64,000 nucleotides of DNA from Desulfobacterales bacterium (lineage in GTDB: Bacteria > Desulfobacterota > Desulfobacteria > Desulfobacterales > UBA5852): contig CAXXVS010000002.1 of the NCBI GenBank assembly GCA_963674755.2, positions 1,120,001-1,184,000 of the forward strand. The letters are read 5' to 3'. The notes under the pieces are model-generated. The model was not told the origin of the DNA, did no database searches, and worked only from the letters and a program-made list of their open reading frames with translations. The position numbers and the translations under genes were made by a program. Shown here piece by piece: positions 9,107 to 19,909 of the stretch; the stretch's first letter is position 1, and every line of letters starts with the position of its first letter.

Positions 9107-12100
9107 ATGATCATCGCCGGAAACAGCCATGTCACCCTATTTCGAGGACGCCTCCGGAACCGTGCCAACGACAGCATTGTCAGCGTAAGGTGGGTCGGGG
9201 CGCTCACCGCCGATCATTTCCTTAACAACCATTCAGCGGCACGGGCCATCCAAGCCGCCTTCGCGTCAACCGACGGCTGGAAGATTTTATCGATCGGTAT
9301 GCATGACATCTTCGGGTTGTGCCGGGCCTACTCCCAGAACGTTTACCGGCAAGCCTGCAACCAATTGCTGAAACGCTATCAGGACCTATTTGGGACCTTT
9401 GGCCAGGCGGGACGCTTTGCCTGGTTGATATCGCCCCAGCAGTTGGAGGGCACCGCCACCGCTTCTCTGTCTCCGGGAAAGGTTTTCGAAATCTCGGAAG
9501 AATTCAACCACCTGACGACAAAATGGTGCCGGCAGCGCCATATCGCGGTCATTAACCCGCTAAAGGCCTTGCGGCGGCCGGATGGCACACTCAACGCCAA
9601 GTTCGTTCAGCAAGACGGGATTCATCTCAACGATCAGGCGCTTGCGCCCTACGTCAAGGAATTGAAGGCGCAGACCGGCCTCGACCTTGCCATCGAAACT
9701 TTGCCGGCGAGCGCATGCCATCGTGTGAAGGCCCGGAATGAGCCGGAGTCCCTGGCGCTGCTGATCGCCGACGAATTGCAGCTGGGCTGGGACCATTCCA
9801 AATGGCCCTACGGTGAAAGGCAGGATTTTGAAGACGACCTTATCGCCCATGTCCAGCGCGGCTTCGATCAAAAGGGCCAATCCGTCACGCTGGACCGAAC
9901 CACATGCTACAATGCGGACAATGCCTTAAATTCAGCCGATCTGGTATCGCTCTATAACCACGCCACCGATTGCTTGGGCGTGGAACTTGCCTTCGATGTA
10001 AACATCCGCGAGCTGAACACGGTCGAAAAAATCGCCGATTTTCTGTTGGCGCGGAAACCGCTTTCCAAAAACGATTTTTACGAAACCCTTTCCAGGGATA
10101 GCGGCAATGCCCTGCGACAATCGGAAACCTTTATCGCCGACCGGAAGCTCGCGGCCCTCGATGAGGAACGCTATAGCCGTCTGAGGGAAATCATTCATCA
10201 TCTGACCGGGGGAGCCCCTTGTCAGTATGGCGTCGTCTATTTTTGGATAGCCCTCATCGAAGCCGAAAGGGGCAACTACGGGTGGGCCTGTCAATTGTTG
10301 GCGCTGGCCGAATCGCCGCACATCAGCTTTCCGTTGTGCTCTTCACGCGTGTCTTTCTATCGTCAACTCTGGCACGCCAAGTCCTGTCCGCCGCCCCCGG
10401 ATACAAGCGCAGCCGATCGGAAGGCGCCCCTGGCGACGGTCTATGCCGACGATCTCCATGACCTGGTGTCGCACTGGTCCCGGCAGGTCGAATCGCTGCG
10501 GTCAACCATCGGGCATCTTTACGTCGTTGCCGCCGATGACGGTACCCAACGTTTGCTCGAGATGTTTCCCCGCTTGCAGACCGTTGATCTCTTTGTGCCG
10601 CCCGCGGCGCGCCACCGTCAGATGGCTGAACGTTATCGCCATGATCCGCGCGTCAGGGTCTGGCCCTTTATGCTGTCGGATCGAACAGGGCATGAACTCA
10701 TTTCCTATGCCGAACAAAAGGGGAATCATAGGGTATCGGCCGGTGCTCCCAATACAGCCTGGCCCGCAGACATTCTTTCGACGGAAACCGTCACATGGGC
10801 GGATTTCCTCGACACGCACGCCGCGGAGCCTCCGGACTTGCTGATCTGTTCCGTCCCAGGACTGTCGGAGCGGCTCTGCGACGCCATTCCGGCCGCGGTC
10901 ATGGAAAATCTCAAGGCGGCATGTCTGGCGACTTCCCGGCTGGTAGCCCACCTTCCCGCGGCCCAAACTCCGGCCGACAGCAAGCCGGCCGCCAGGCCTT
11001 TTGATCTTTTCGGTCTGGTGCGTTCGTCCGGGCTTCAGCGCCAGGCCGTCACGGCGCTCTATATCAATCCTCGATCGGCGTCGACCGTCTATCAGAACCA
11101 GAGGATCCTCGACCGCCTCATGGCCAGTGCGGCGGCTGGAGCGCCCCTCTTGACGACACAGAATACGGTTCCGGCCGAATTTGACGAATGCGCGGCAGGA
11201 CTCACGGAAGAGTTGTATGGTTTGGGGCGACGGCTCCAAAAGGACCAGAAGAGCGAGGACGCCCTCTTCGTCTTCAATCAGGTCATGGACACCGATCCCC
11301 ATCATGCCGATGCCCTCTATCAGATTGGGGCGCTTCTCAATCGGGCCGGAAAGGTTAGCAAGGCCCTGCCCTATTGGGAAGCGGCATTCAACCAGCGGCC
11401 CTCCGACCGGATGATGGCCCTGGCCTACGCTCAGGCCTTGTGGTCTTCCGGACGCCAGGAGCAGGCGCAAGCGGTGTGCCGGCGCTATGCGGCCCGGAAT
11501 TGGCGCCTTGACGATCGTTGCGACGATCTCCTGGCGGATATCGCCTATCCCCATGGTCTTCCCAATGAGGACGAATCGGCGGCCCTGCACAACGTCCGGA
11601 GCCTAGCCGACCAAGGACAGCTGGGACAAGCCTATCAGGCGCTGTCCGAATGGGTGGCCGAACACCCCGATAGAGCCCAGGGCCATAACGATCTGGGTGT
11701 GTTGGCATGCCGTCGGGGAGACGACGAAAAGGCCCTAAATCACTATGCACGTGCCGTCGAGCTCGAACCGCATAACCGTACCTACCAGAAGAACCTGGCG
11801 GATTTTCGCCTTGCCCGCCAGGGCGACGTCGAAGCCGCCTTGCGAACATACACCGCCCTGCTCGCTGACGATCCCCGTGACACCGAAGTTTTGTATGCCC
11901 TTGCCCAAATCTGCCGCCAGGTTGGCAACGCCGATGATGCGCAGGAATTTCTCGCCCGCATTCTCGACATCGATCCCGACCATGGTGCCGCACGCGAGGC
12001 GCTGACCGCGATACGCGATGACGCCCCCGGCTGTCACCGCCTTGAGGCGGACGCTGCATCGCGGCCTCCCGTCGCCCCAGTGTCGGCTCCCGCCCCCGTC

Positions 12101-15100
12101 CTCATTGCAACCAGCATCGCGCCGCATTCGCTGGAAATTCAGCAAAAAGCGGTCAAGTCCTGGAAGGACCTGGGTTTCGATGTCGTCTCGCTGAATTCGC
12201 CGGAAGAAATCGCCGGTTTGAAGGACAGCTTCCCGGATATCGCTTTTCATGCGGTGGACCGCACCAGTCAAGCGCATTTCGGGAAACCCTATATCTACTT
12301 CGATGATGTCATTGCCCATTTTAAAGGCGTTGACCGGCCCGTCTACGGGATTGTCAACTCGGACATCCACCTGAAGGCCGACGACAATATCCTGGCCTTT
12401 TTGCAGGCCGAGGCGAACCAGTCCCTCCTCTTCGGCCATCGCTTGGATGTCACCTCCCTCTCCTCTAGCCAGGGCGACTTCTACCGGAACGGCTATGATT
12501 TTTTCTTTTTCGACAGATCCCTTTTGGGGCTGTACCCCGATTCGATCCTCAGTCTGGGCGTTACGTGGTGGGATTATTGGACCGTGTTGATTCCGGCGCT
12601 GAATGGATTCCCCGTCAAAAAGCTGGTGTCGCCCTTGGCCTACCACCTTGAGCACCCGAATCGTTGGGACCGCAAACAGTGGATCCATGTCGGGCGCCTG
12701 ATCTCCGCTTATTTGAAAGCAGAGGATATCGACCAGGGCCGGACATGGCCGGCGGATTCCCCCTGGTTACTGTTTCGTGAAATTCTCCAGAACGGGGCGG
12801 CGGTCAAATGCCTCCAAAAACCTTTCCAGGATCGCACGCGGCGGCGCTTCGCATACGGCGACAACTTTACCCTCAATATTTGCATCCTTGATTTTATAGA
12901 GCAAATTTGCCAAAAGGTTACCCTGCCCTGGGACGATGAATTGATACACCATGGCGACACCACCAAGGGGCCTAATTTTTCCCCGGATTTTTTTGACGCG
13001 CATCACCTCCCGACACCGAAGACGGTACCGCCGCCCCTGATGCAGGATTGTGCTCTGCGCACCCATCAGGCCCAAAGATTGTATCGCGAGGGGCGGGGGC
13101 CAGAAGCGCAGGCCATCCTGGAATCGATTATCCATGAGATCCCCGGCCATCCCCCCGCCTGCAACCTTCTTGGCGCGATGGCCTGGGAGGCAGGATCGAC
13201 CGATACGGCCCTGCGTCACTTCCACAACGCCCTGCGCTACAATCCTTACGACCGGCCGACGATCATTAACTGTTCGGCGGCCCTCGCCCGTGTGGGGCGA
13301 CCCGAGGAAAGCCGCCAGATCTATGCCGCCTATCTGCGTTTCAATCCGGGGGATATCGAAATCGGACGCTGGTGCCGCCGACTGGAAGCCGGCCAAAACC
13401 TCCAGCCGCCGGACCAGTTCACGCTCCACCAGCCGGGAGACCTGTCGCTATTGCCCATCCTCATCTACCAGATGGGCAAGGTGGGCTCCACCTCGCTTGT
13501 CGACTCGATCGCGAAACTGGGCCTGCCGGTCAAACACGTCCACACCCTTTCCTGGCCCGGCATCCTCCATGCCGAAAAAGCTTTCCGGGATGAAACGAAG
13601 CGCGAACTGCCCTCCTGGTTGACACACTATCGCGGTATCCGCACGCACATCGACCGCTTGGGTCAATCCGCCCACTGGAAGATCATCACGCTAGTCCGGG
13701 ATCCGCTCAAACGCTACATTTCCGATCTGTTTCAGAACCTGGACCGCTATTTTCCGCATCTGAACGATCTGCCCAATGAGGACCCGGCCCCCATCAGGGA
13801 GCATATCCTGCGCTACCTCGAGGAATTCGACGAGGCGCAAGACCATGCCTGCAGCTGGTTTGATAAGGAACTTCTGGGCGTATTTGGGGTCGATCTCCTG
13901 GCTTCCCCCTTCAATACGGCAAAAGGGTATCAGCGCTACCAGACCAAACATGCGGACATCCTTCTTATACGTCTGGAAGATCTGGAGTCCTGCGCTGCCG
14001 AAGCCATGGCCGATTTTCTTGCAATCGACACCTTTCAACTTGCGCATTCCAATGTCAGTGCCACTAAGCCATATGCCGCTCTTTATCGACGGCTGAATGA
14101 CGAATTGCGCTTCGATCGATCCCTCTTGGACAGATTTTACAGCAGCCGGTTGGCACAACATTTTTATACGGCCTCCGAAATTGAGGCTTTCAAAGCTCAA
14201 TGGTGTTCTCAACCCTCTATGCAAGACGCTGTTGTCTCGCAAACCCCACCCCGGGTTTCGGCGGTCGTATCGACCTATGCATCGGCGCGTTTCATTGAAG
14301 GCCGTCTGCAGAATTTGGTCGATCAGACGTTATTCCAAAAAGGCGGCCTGGAGATCATCGTCATCGATTCAAGTTCGCCCGAGGATGAAGGCGCCATCGT
14401 GGAACGCTTTGCGGCACGACATCCGAATATTTTTTATCTCCGAACCGATGAAAGAGAAACCGTATACACCGCATGGAACCGCGGCATTGAAATGGCACGC
14501 GGCACCTATTTCGTAAACGCCAACACCGATGATCGGTTTTCAACGAACGCCTTGGAGCGAATGGCGGACGCGCTCGATTCCCATTGTGAATATGACGCCG
14601 TTTACGGGAACTGGGTCGTAACCCGCATTCCCAACGACAGCTTCGACAGCGATGCCCCTAAGCGCCTTTTCATCTATCCCGAATTTGATCCGGGATTGTT
14701 TTTCTATCTCCAAATAACGAGCCATGCCAATTTCGTGCGGCGGTCCGTATTCGACTCTATCGGCGGGTTTGACGGATCCTACACCGTTTTCGGTGACCGT
14801 GAATTTATGCTGCGGTTTTCCGCCAGTGGTCACAAAGCAATGAAACTGGAAACCATCGTCGGACTCTACCTGGAAAATCCTACCAGCGTCGAGAGGGCCA
14901 ACAAAGAAATCGGCCTCCAAGAGTGCCGGGCCTTGTATGACCATTATCTCGAAGCCGACCGGTTTGCGACACTCATGGGTTTCGGAAAAGGAACATCCCC
15001 TGCCATCCTTTCCAAGGAATACACGCGGATCGGCTGCTTGGGGATGGGACTCTACGATATCGACGGCAAGTCCCTTCATGCCCTGGGCTCACCGGCACGA

Positions 15101-18100
15101 TTGTTCGCGAAAGCGATCGAGCTCAATCCCGAAAACGTCATCGCGCTGAACAATCTTGGCGTTGTCGCGCAATGCCAGGGTGCGCCGGAAGAGGCTTGTC
15201 AGTTTTTAAAACAGGCGCGCTCGCTTGCCGGCCCTGAACAGCGCGCGGTCATCGATAGCAACCAGGATCTGGCCGCTAAAAAAATCTCCGATCCGAACCG
15301 CTTGCAATTTCTGTTTCCGAGGGCCTTTACACCGATCCGGGTCAGCGAAACATCATATCCGGTTGACAGGCGCTTGTCCCCTCGCCCGGCGGTCCCATCG
15401 TCGGTGTCGGGTGCCAGCCGAAAGCGGACACCGCAGAGCCGCAAACAAATCAGGAAACAGAACCGCTCCCAAAAGCCTGAATTGGCGCCGGACTTGGCCA
15501 GGAGACCGGACGATGAAATCGTGGTTCCGCAACCAGCGACGGAAAGCGCTCCATGGCAGGCCTGCTTGAGAGGGGATTATGCCGCCGCGGCTTCGTTACT
15601 GCGCCGGAACATCGCTTCCCACATTGAAGATTGGGAGGCATACGCATTGTTGGTGGACGTGCTGTTGCAGTCCGGCCAGGAGGCCGCGATTGTGGAACAG
15701 CTGCACCCCTTGGAGAGCCGCCCCGATCTTCCGGCCGGCATGCGGGCCCTGATCGGCAGTGGCTACGAGGCCGCCGGCGATTTGAAAATGGCTGCGGATT
15801 TTGCCGAACAAGCCTTGGCCGCAGACCCCGACTGCGCCCGGGCATGGAACCTCAAAGGCGTGCTCGCCTTTCGCAGCGGCGACAAGCAGGCGGCCGAAGC
15901 GCATTTTAAAACGGCCGCCGGCAAAGATGCCGCCTGGGGAGAACCCTGGACCAACATGGGCACTGTCTACTGGGAGCAGCGTGATCGGGAAAACGCTCTG
16001 GCGTGTTTTGAAAAAGGCTTTCGCCTTTCCCCGGCCGCGCCCAACGTGGCCACCACCTATCATGTGGCCGTCAGCGAAACGGGTGAGTTTGAACGCGCCC
16101 GAGCGCTGTTCGAAGACGTCGTCACCCGCTACCCTGATTTCCGCCGGGCCCGCTTTCTCTTGATCGACATCCTGATCCGCCGGGAGGCCTTTCCGGACGC
16201 CCTGGAGCGGATCGAAACCGTTATGGTGGATTTCGGCGTCGATGCGCAGCTGCTGCAGGCGGCCAGGGCCGTCCGTGCCAAGGTGGGACCCATGACCGTC
16301 AAAAAACGCAAACGCCCTTCCCTGTCCCTTTGCATGATCGTGAAAAACGAAGAACGCTATCTGGCCCGCTGCCTGCAAAGCTTGAAACCCCTCGTCGATG
16401 AAATGATCATTGTGGATACCGGCTCCAGCGATGCCACCCGTGACATCGCCGAGGTCTTCGGCGCCAGGGTCTTTGATTTCGAATGGGACGACGATTTCGC
16501 CGCCGCCCGCAACCACAGCCTGGAAAAGGCCGTCGGGGACTGGATCCTCGTCATGGACGCCGATGAGGTCATCGCCCCCAGAGACCATGCCAAAATCCGC
16601 CGGCTCATCGCACAATCCAAAACCAGGCAACACGCCTATATGCTAACGACGCGTAACTACACCGATCGCCGGGACTCCGTCGACTATCGGGAAAACGCCG
16701 GCGAATACGATGAAGAAATGAGCACCGGCTGGGTGCCCAGCCGGAAAGTGCGGCTTTTCCCCAACCGACAGCACATCCATTTCGTTTTCCCGGTGCATGA
16801 GCAGGTCGATCCGGTACTTGCTGAAAGAGGTACGGCACTGGTGACATGTCCTGTGCCTGTTCATCACTATGGTAAATTGGATCATGACCGCACCGACAAA
16901 CGCTGGGCGCTGTATTATGCCATTGGCAAGCAAAAGCTCGATTCTCTTGGTGAAAACGAAAGCGCCCTAAAAGAACTGGCCATTCAAGCCGCGCTGCTCT
17001 CAAAATGGGAGGAGGCCGCCACCTATTGGAAACGCTATCTTGATCTCAAACCCGAATCCGTCGAGGCCTGTTTGAACCTTACCCGGGTCATGGCGGCAAA
17101 GGGTAACCATGCCGAGGCGCTCCAGTATGCCCGCCTGGCTTTTCAACTGGATGCCGATCGCCTGGAAACCCACTACAATCTGACGTTGAGCCACCTCCAG
17201 GCAGGAGAAGCCGCGCAGGCTATACAGACATCCCGTCAGATGACGGCAGCGTTTCCTGGCGATCCGGATGGACGGTTGTTGCAGGCTGCGGCCACGCTTT
17301 GTGCCGGGCAGCTTTCACAGGGAAGGCAACTGGCTTTAGACCTCGCTCATGAAATACCGGCTAAAACGCTCAAATCCCGCATCCTGACACTTATGGCGGC
17401 GATAGCTTCCGCCGGACTCATGGATTGGATTACCCGTCTCGTAGATGCCTTGTCACAGATCGATGGCCTGCACGATATCGGGGCGCAATTGAACGCCATG
17501 GGGCCTCAATCCGTGGCGCCTTCTCCCAAATCGCCGCCATTGGATAATCAACAGACCGGCGTTCTATTGGATGAAGCATGGCACAGCTACGTCCATGGGG
17601 ATTTTCAGGCTGCCGTTGACAACCTGGTATCCATCATTGTCGCAAATCCAGATCAGTGGGAGGCATACGCATTGTTGGTGGACGTGCTGTTGCAGTCCGG
17701 CCAGGAGGCCGCGATTGTGGAACAGCTGCACCCCTTGGAGAGCCGCCCCGATCTTCCGGCCGGCATGCGGGCCCTGATCGGCAGTGGCTACGAGGCCGCC
17801 GGCGATTTGAAAATGGCTGCGGATTTTGCCGAACAAGCCTTGGCCGCAGACCCCGACTGCGCCCGGGCATGGAACCTCAAAGGCGTGCTCGCCTTTCGCA
17901 GCGGCGACAAGCAGGCGGCCGAAGCGCATTTTAAAACGGCCGCCGGCAAAGATGCCGCCTGGGGAGAACCCTGGACCAACATGGGCACTGTCTACTGGGA
18001 GCAGCGTGATCGGGAAAACGCTCTGGCGTGTTTTGAAAAAGGCTTTCGCCTTTCCCCGGCCGCGCCCAACGTGGCCACCACCTATCATGTGGCCGTCAGC

Positions 18101-19552
18101 GAAACGGGTGAGTTTGAACGCGCCCGAGCGCTGTTCGAAGACGTCGTCACCCGCTACCCTGATTTCCGCCGGGCCCGCTTTCTCTTGATCGACATCCTGA
18201 TCCGCCGGGAGGCCTTTCCGGACGCCCTGGAGCGGATCGAAACCGTTATGGTGGATTTCGGCGTCGATGCGCAGCTGCTGCAGGCGGCCAGGGCCGTCCG
18301 TGCCAAGGTGGGACCCATGACCGTCAAAAAACGCAAACGCCCTTCCCTGTCCCTTTGCATGATCGTGAAAAACGAAGAACGCTATCTGGCCCGCTGCCTG
18401 CAAAGCTTGAAACCCCTCGTCGATGAAATGATCATTGTGGATACCGGCTCCAGCGATGCCACCCGTGACATCGCCGAGGTCTTCGGCGCCAGGGTCTTTG
18501 ATTTCGAATGGGACGACGATTTCGCCGCCGCCCGTAACCACAGCCTGGAAAAGGCCGTCGGGGACTGGATCCTCGTCATGGACGCCGATGAGGTCATCGC
18601 CCCCAGAGACCATGCCAAAATCCGCCGGCTCATCGCACAATCCAAAACCAGGCAACACGCCTATATGATCGTCACACGGAATTATACCAACCGGCACAAT
18701 ATCATCGGCTGGGAAGCCAATGTTGGGGAATATTCCCGGGAAGAATCCGGACTGGGATGGACGCCTAGCCCAAAAGTGCGCCTCTTTCCCAATCTGGCCA
18801 GGATCCGCTTCGAATATCCTGTGCATGAGGTGCTCGGCCCTGCCCTGTCCCGCAACGGGATTTCAGTGAAAGCCTGTTCCTGTCCGGTCCATCACTATGG
18901 GAAATTGGACGAGAGGCTGGATCGCCGGAAAGATGAACACTACTATCAAATCGGCATGCGCAAACTGTCCGATGCGGGCGATGATCCCGTGGCCATTCGC
19001 GAATTGGCGGTCCAGGCCGGCAGGCTGGAAAAGCATGAAGACGCCTTACGGCTTTGGAAGCGTTTTGTGACCCTTCAGCCTGAAGATGCCAAAGGCTATA
19101 TCAACATGGCATCCAGCCATGGTAAACTGGGACAATTTGACAAGGCCCGGGAAGCCGCCCGCATAGCCGTCCGACTCGCTCCCCGATTAAAGGAGGGCTA
19201 TCTCAATTTGGGATTGAGCGAGTTCCACTCAGGCAATCTCGTTAAGGCCGAACATATTTTCAGTGAAATCGTAAAGCAGCACGGCAACTATTATTCAGCC
19301 GTATTCCTGTATGGCGTAACCCAACTGGGCCGGAAAAAGATCAACGAAGGCGTTAAAACGCTACGTTCCTTGGAGGGCACGGCAATCATTTGGGACCATT
19401 TATCCTACGCTATCCAGGAGTTGGTCGAAAGTCTCATGAAATCCGGGCTAACTGGTATAGCGCGTCAATTGATTATCGGAGCAGAAAAACTGGAGCGTAC
19501 CAACGACTACCTTAAAGGCTATCACCGTCAACTTGAAATGGAGGCGGCCTAG
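9107..19552 (+). CDS. Giant multidomain TPR/glycosyltransferase (SGNH-like, ACP-like, degenerate FkbM-like, GT-A-like, sulfotransferase-like, three GT2 domains)
   Basis: 3481-aa ORF with RBS GAGG. Motifs GNSH...DGIH, LNSADLV, NSDI, YQMGKVGSTS/LVRDP, NANTDD, SLCMIVKNEE...MDADE (twice), and many TPR repeats. Confidence 0.9.
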   Translation: MIIAGNSHVTLFRGRLRNRANDSIVSVRWVGALTADHFLNNHSAARAIQAAFASTDGWKILSIGMHDIFGLCRAYSQNVYRQACNQLLKRYQDLFGTFGQAGRFAWLISPQQLEGTATASLSPGKVFEISEEFNHLTTKWCRQRHIAVINPLKALRRPDGTLNAKFVQQDGIHLNDQALAPYVKELKAQTGLDLAIETLPASACHRVKARNEPESLALLIADELQLGWDHSKWPYGERQDFEDDLIAHVQRGFDQKGQSVTLDRTTCYNADNALNSADLVSLYNHATDCLGVELAFDVNIRELNTVEKIADFLLARKPLSKNDFYETLSRDSGNALRQSETFIADRKLAALDEERYSRLREIIHHLTGGAPCQYGVVYFWIALIEAERGNYGWACQLLALAESPHISFPLCSSRVSFYRQLWHAKSCPPPPDTSAADRKAPLATVYADDLHDLVSHWSRQVESLRSTIGHLYVVAADDGTQRLLEMFPRLQTVDLFVPPAARHRQMAERYRHDPRVRVWPFMLSDRTGHELISYAEQKGNHRVSAGAPNTAWPADILSTETVTWADFLDTHAAEPPDLLICSVPGLSERLCDAIPAAVMENLKAACLATSRLVAHLPAAQTPADSKPAARPFDLFGLVRSSGLQRQAVTALYINPRSASTVYQNQRILDRLMASAAAGAPLLTTQNTVPAEFDECAAGLTEELYGLGRRLQKDQKSEDALFVFNQVMDTDPHHADALYQIGALLNRAGKVSKALPYWEAAFNQRPSDRMMALAYAQALWSSGRQEQAQAVCRRYAARNWRLDDRCDDLLADIAYPHGLPNEDESAALHNVRSLADQGQLGQAYQALSEWVAEHPDRAQGHNDLGVLACRRGDDEKALNHYARAVELEPHNRTYQKNLADFRLARQGDVEAALRTYTALLADDPRDTEVLYALAQICRQVGNADDAQEFLARILDIDPDHGAAREALTAIRDDAPGCHRLEADAASRPPVAPVSAPAPVLIATSIAPHSLEIQQKAVKSWKDLGFDVVSLNSPEEIAGLKDSFPDIAFHAVDRTSQAHFGKPYIYFDDVIAHFKGVDRPVYGIVNSDIHLKADDNILAFLQAEANQSLLFGHRLDVTSLSSSQGDFYRNGYDFFFFDRSLLGLYPDSILSLGVTWWDYWTVLIPALNGFPVKKLVSPLAYHLEHPNRWDRKQWIHVGRLISAYLKAEDIDQGRTWPADSPWLLFREILQNGAAVKCLQKPFQDRTRRRFAYGDNFTLNICILDFIEQICQKVTLPWDDELIHHGDTTKGPNFSPDFFDAHHLPTPKTVPPPLMQDCALRTHQAQRLYREGRGPEAQAILESIIHEIPGHPPACNLLGAMAWEAGSTDTALRHFHNALRYNPYDRPTIINCSAALARVGRPEESRQIYAAYLRFNPGDIEIGRWCRRLEAGQNLQPPDQFTLHQPGDLSLLPILIYQMGKVGSTSLVDSIAKLGLPVKHVHTLSWPGILHAEKAFRDETKRELPSWLTHYRGIRTHIDRLGQSAHWKIITLVRDPLKRYISDLFQNLDRYFPHLNDLPNEDPAPIREHILRYLEEFDEAQDHACSWFDKELLGVFGVDLLASPFNTAKGYQRYQTKHADILLIRLEDLESCAAEAMADFLAIDTFQLAHSNVSATKPYAALYRRLNDELRFDRSLLDRFYSSRLAQHFYTASEIEAFKAQWCSQPSMQDAVVSQTPPRVSAVVSTYASARFIEGRLQNLVDQTLFQKGGLEIIVIDSSSPEDEGAIVERFAARHPNIFYLRTDERETVYTAWNRGIEMARGTYFVNANTDDRFSTNALERMADALDSHCEYDAVYGNWVVTRIPNDSFDSDAPKRLFIYPEFDPGLFFYLQITSHANFVRRSVFDSIGGFDGSYTVFGDREFMLRFSASGHKAMKLETIVGLYLENPTSVERANKEIGLQECRALYDHYLEADRFATLMGFGKGTSPAILSKEYTRIGCLGMGLYDIDGKSLHALGSPARLFAKAIELNPENVIALNNLGVVAQCQGAPEEACQFLKQARSLAGPEQRAVIDSNQDLAAKKISDPNRLQFLFPRAFTPIRVSETSYPVDRRLSPRPAVPSSVSGASRKRTPQSRKQIRKQNRSQKPELAPDLARRPDDEIVVPQPATESAPWQACLRGDYAAAASLLRRNIASHIEDWEAYALLVDVLLQSGQEAAIVEQLHPLESRPDLPAGMRALIGSGYEAAGDLKMAADFAEQALAADPDCARAWNLKGVLAFRSGDKQAAEAHFKTAAGKDAAWGEPWTNMGTVYWEQRDRENALACFEKGFRLSPAAPNVATTYHVAVSETGEFERARALFEDVVTRYPDFRRARFLLIDILIRREAFPDALERIETVMVDFGVDAQLLQAARAVRAKVGPMTVKKRKRPSLSLCMIVKNEERYLARCLQSLKPLVDEMIIVDTGSSDATRDIAEVFGARVFDFEWDDDFAAARNHSLEKAVGDWILVMDADEVIAPRDHAKIRRLIAQSKTRQHAYMLTTRNYTDRRDSVDYRENAGEYDEEMSTGWVPSRKVRLFPNRQHIHFVFPVHEQVDPVLAERGTALVTCPVPVHHYGKLDHDRTDKRWALYYAIGKQKLDSLGENESALKELAIQAALLSKWEEAATYWKRYLDLKPESVEACLNLTRVMAAKGNHAEALQYARLAFQLDADRLETHYNLTLSHLQAGEAAQAIQTSRQMTAAFPGDPDGRLLQAAATLCAGQLSQGRQLALDLAHEIPAKTLKSRILTLMAAIASAGLMDWITRLVDALSQIDGLHDIGAQLNAMGPQSVAPSPKSPPLDNQQTGVLLDEAWHSYVHGDFQAAVDNLVSIIVANPDQWEAYALLVDVLLQSGQEAAIVEQLHPLESRPDLPAGMRALIGSGYEAAGDLKMAADFAEQALAADPDCARAWNLKGVLAFRSGDKQAAEAHFKTAAGKDAAWGEPWTNMGTVYWEQRDRENALACFEKGFRLSPAAPNVATTYHVAVSETGEFERARALFEDVVTRYPDFRRARFLLIDILIRREAFPDALERIETVMVDFGVDAQLLQAARAVRAKVGPMTVKKRKRPSLSLCMIVKNEERYLARCLQSLKPLVDEMIIVDTGSSDATRDIAEVFGARVFDFEWDDDFAAARNHSLEKAVGDWILVMDADEVIAPRDHAKIRRLIAQSKTRQHAYMIVTRNYTNRHNIIGWEANVGEYSREESGLGWTPSPKVRLFPNLARIRFEYPVHEVLGPALSRNGISVKACSCPVHHYGKLDERLDRRKDEHYYQIGMRKLSDAGDDPVAIRELAVQAGRLEKHEDALRLWKRFVTLQPEDAKGYINMASSHGKLGQFDKAREAARIAVRLAPRLKEGYLNLGLSEFHSGNLVKAEHIFSEIVKQHGNYYSAVFLYGVTQLGRKKINEGVKTLRSLEGTAIIWDHLSYAIQELVESLMKSGLTGIARQLIIGAEKLERTNDYLKGYHRQLEMEAA
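15632..16642 (+). repeat. 1011-bp intragenic direct repeat, copy 1 (TPR block + GT2 N-half)
   Basis: Matches 17657-18667 (offset 2025). The only difference seen is the synonymous C16510/T18535. Confidence 0.95.
17657..18667 (+). repeat. 1011-bp intragenic direct repeat, copy 2
   Basis: See copy 1; duplicated shadow ORFs in the six-frame track confirm it. Confidence 0.95.
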
Positions 19553-19909
19553 CTGTCCGTTCTAAATTTCTTCGACGCTGTGCGGTATGCCCGTCGCGAT
19601 ATCCGCTATGATTTGCAGCTGCCACAGATGGATGAAGCCGCTTCCGTTGTTTCGGGAGTGGCTTTGCCTTTAGATGCCTGCCTTTTGAGTCGGGCCGTCC
19701 CTGACAATGGCCGCCCCATCAGTGGCATTTTTTTGGATAGTGAGCCTTTTCCCTATAATAGCTTAACACGGGGGCCTTCTGTGTTGCCCCCTGGGTATAA
19801 GCAAAGGCGCATTCCGTTCGGTTGGCTTCTGTATGGAATGCGCCTTAACGATTGGTTTTATTTATGGTGGGGGTAGCGTTGGGATGATCCGTTAAGCGTC
19901 GGCAACTGA

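Noticed and set aside
8087..18826. Long antisense ORFs (8087-9130, 10502-11590, 11735-12688, 15596-16633, 17564-18826)
   Set aside because: Shadow frames of GC-rich coding sequence on the opposite strand, with no protein motifs.
19580..19876. 98-aa ORF or riboswitch between the giant gene and flaF
   Set aside because: No RBS or motif. The region has an inverted repeat (AAGGCGCATTCC 19804-19815 / GGAATGCGCCTT 19835-19846) better explained as a terminator between convergent genes. No riboswitch consensus was recognised.
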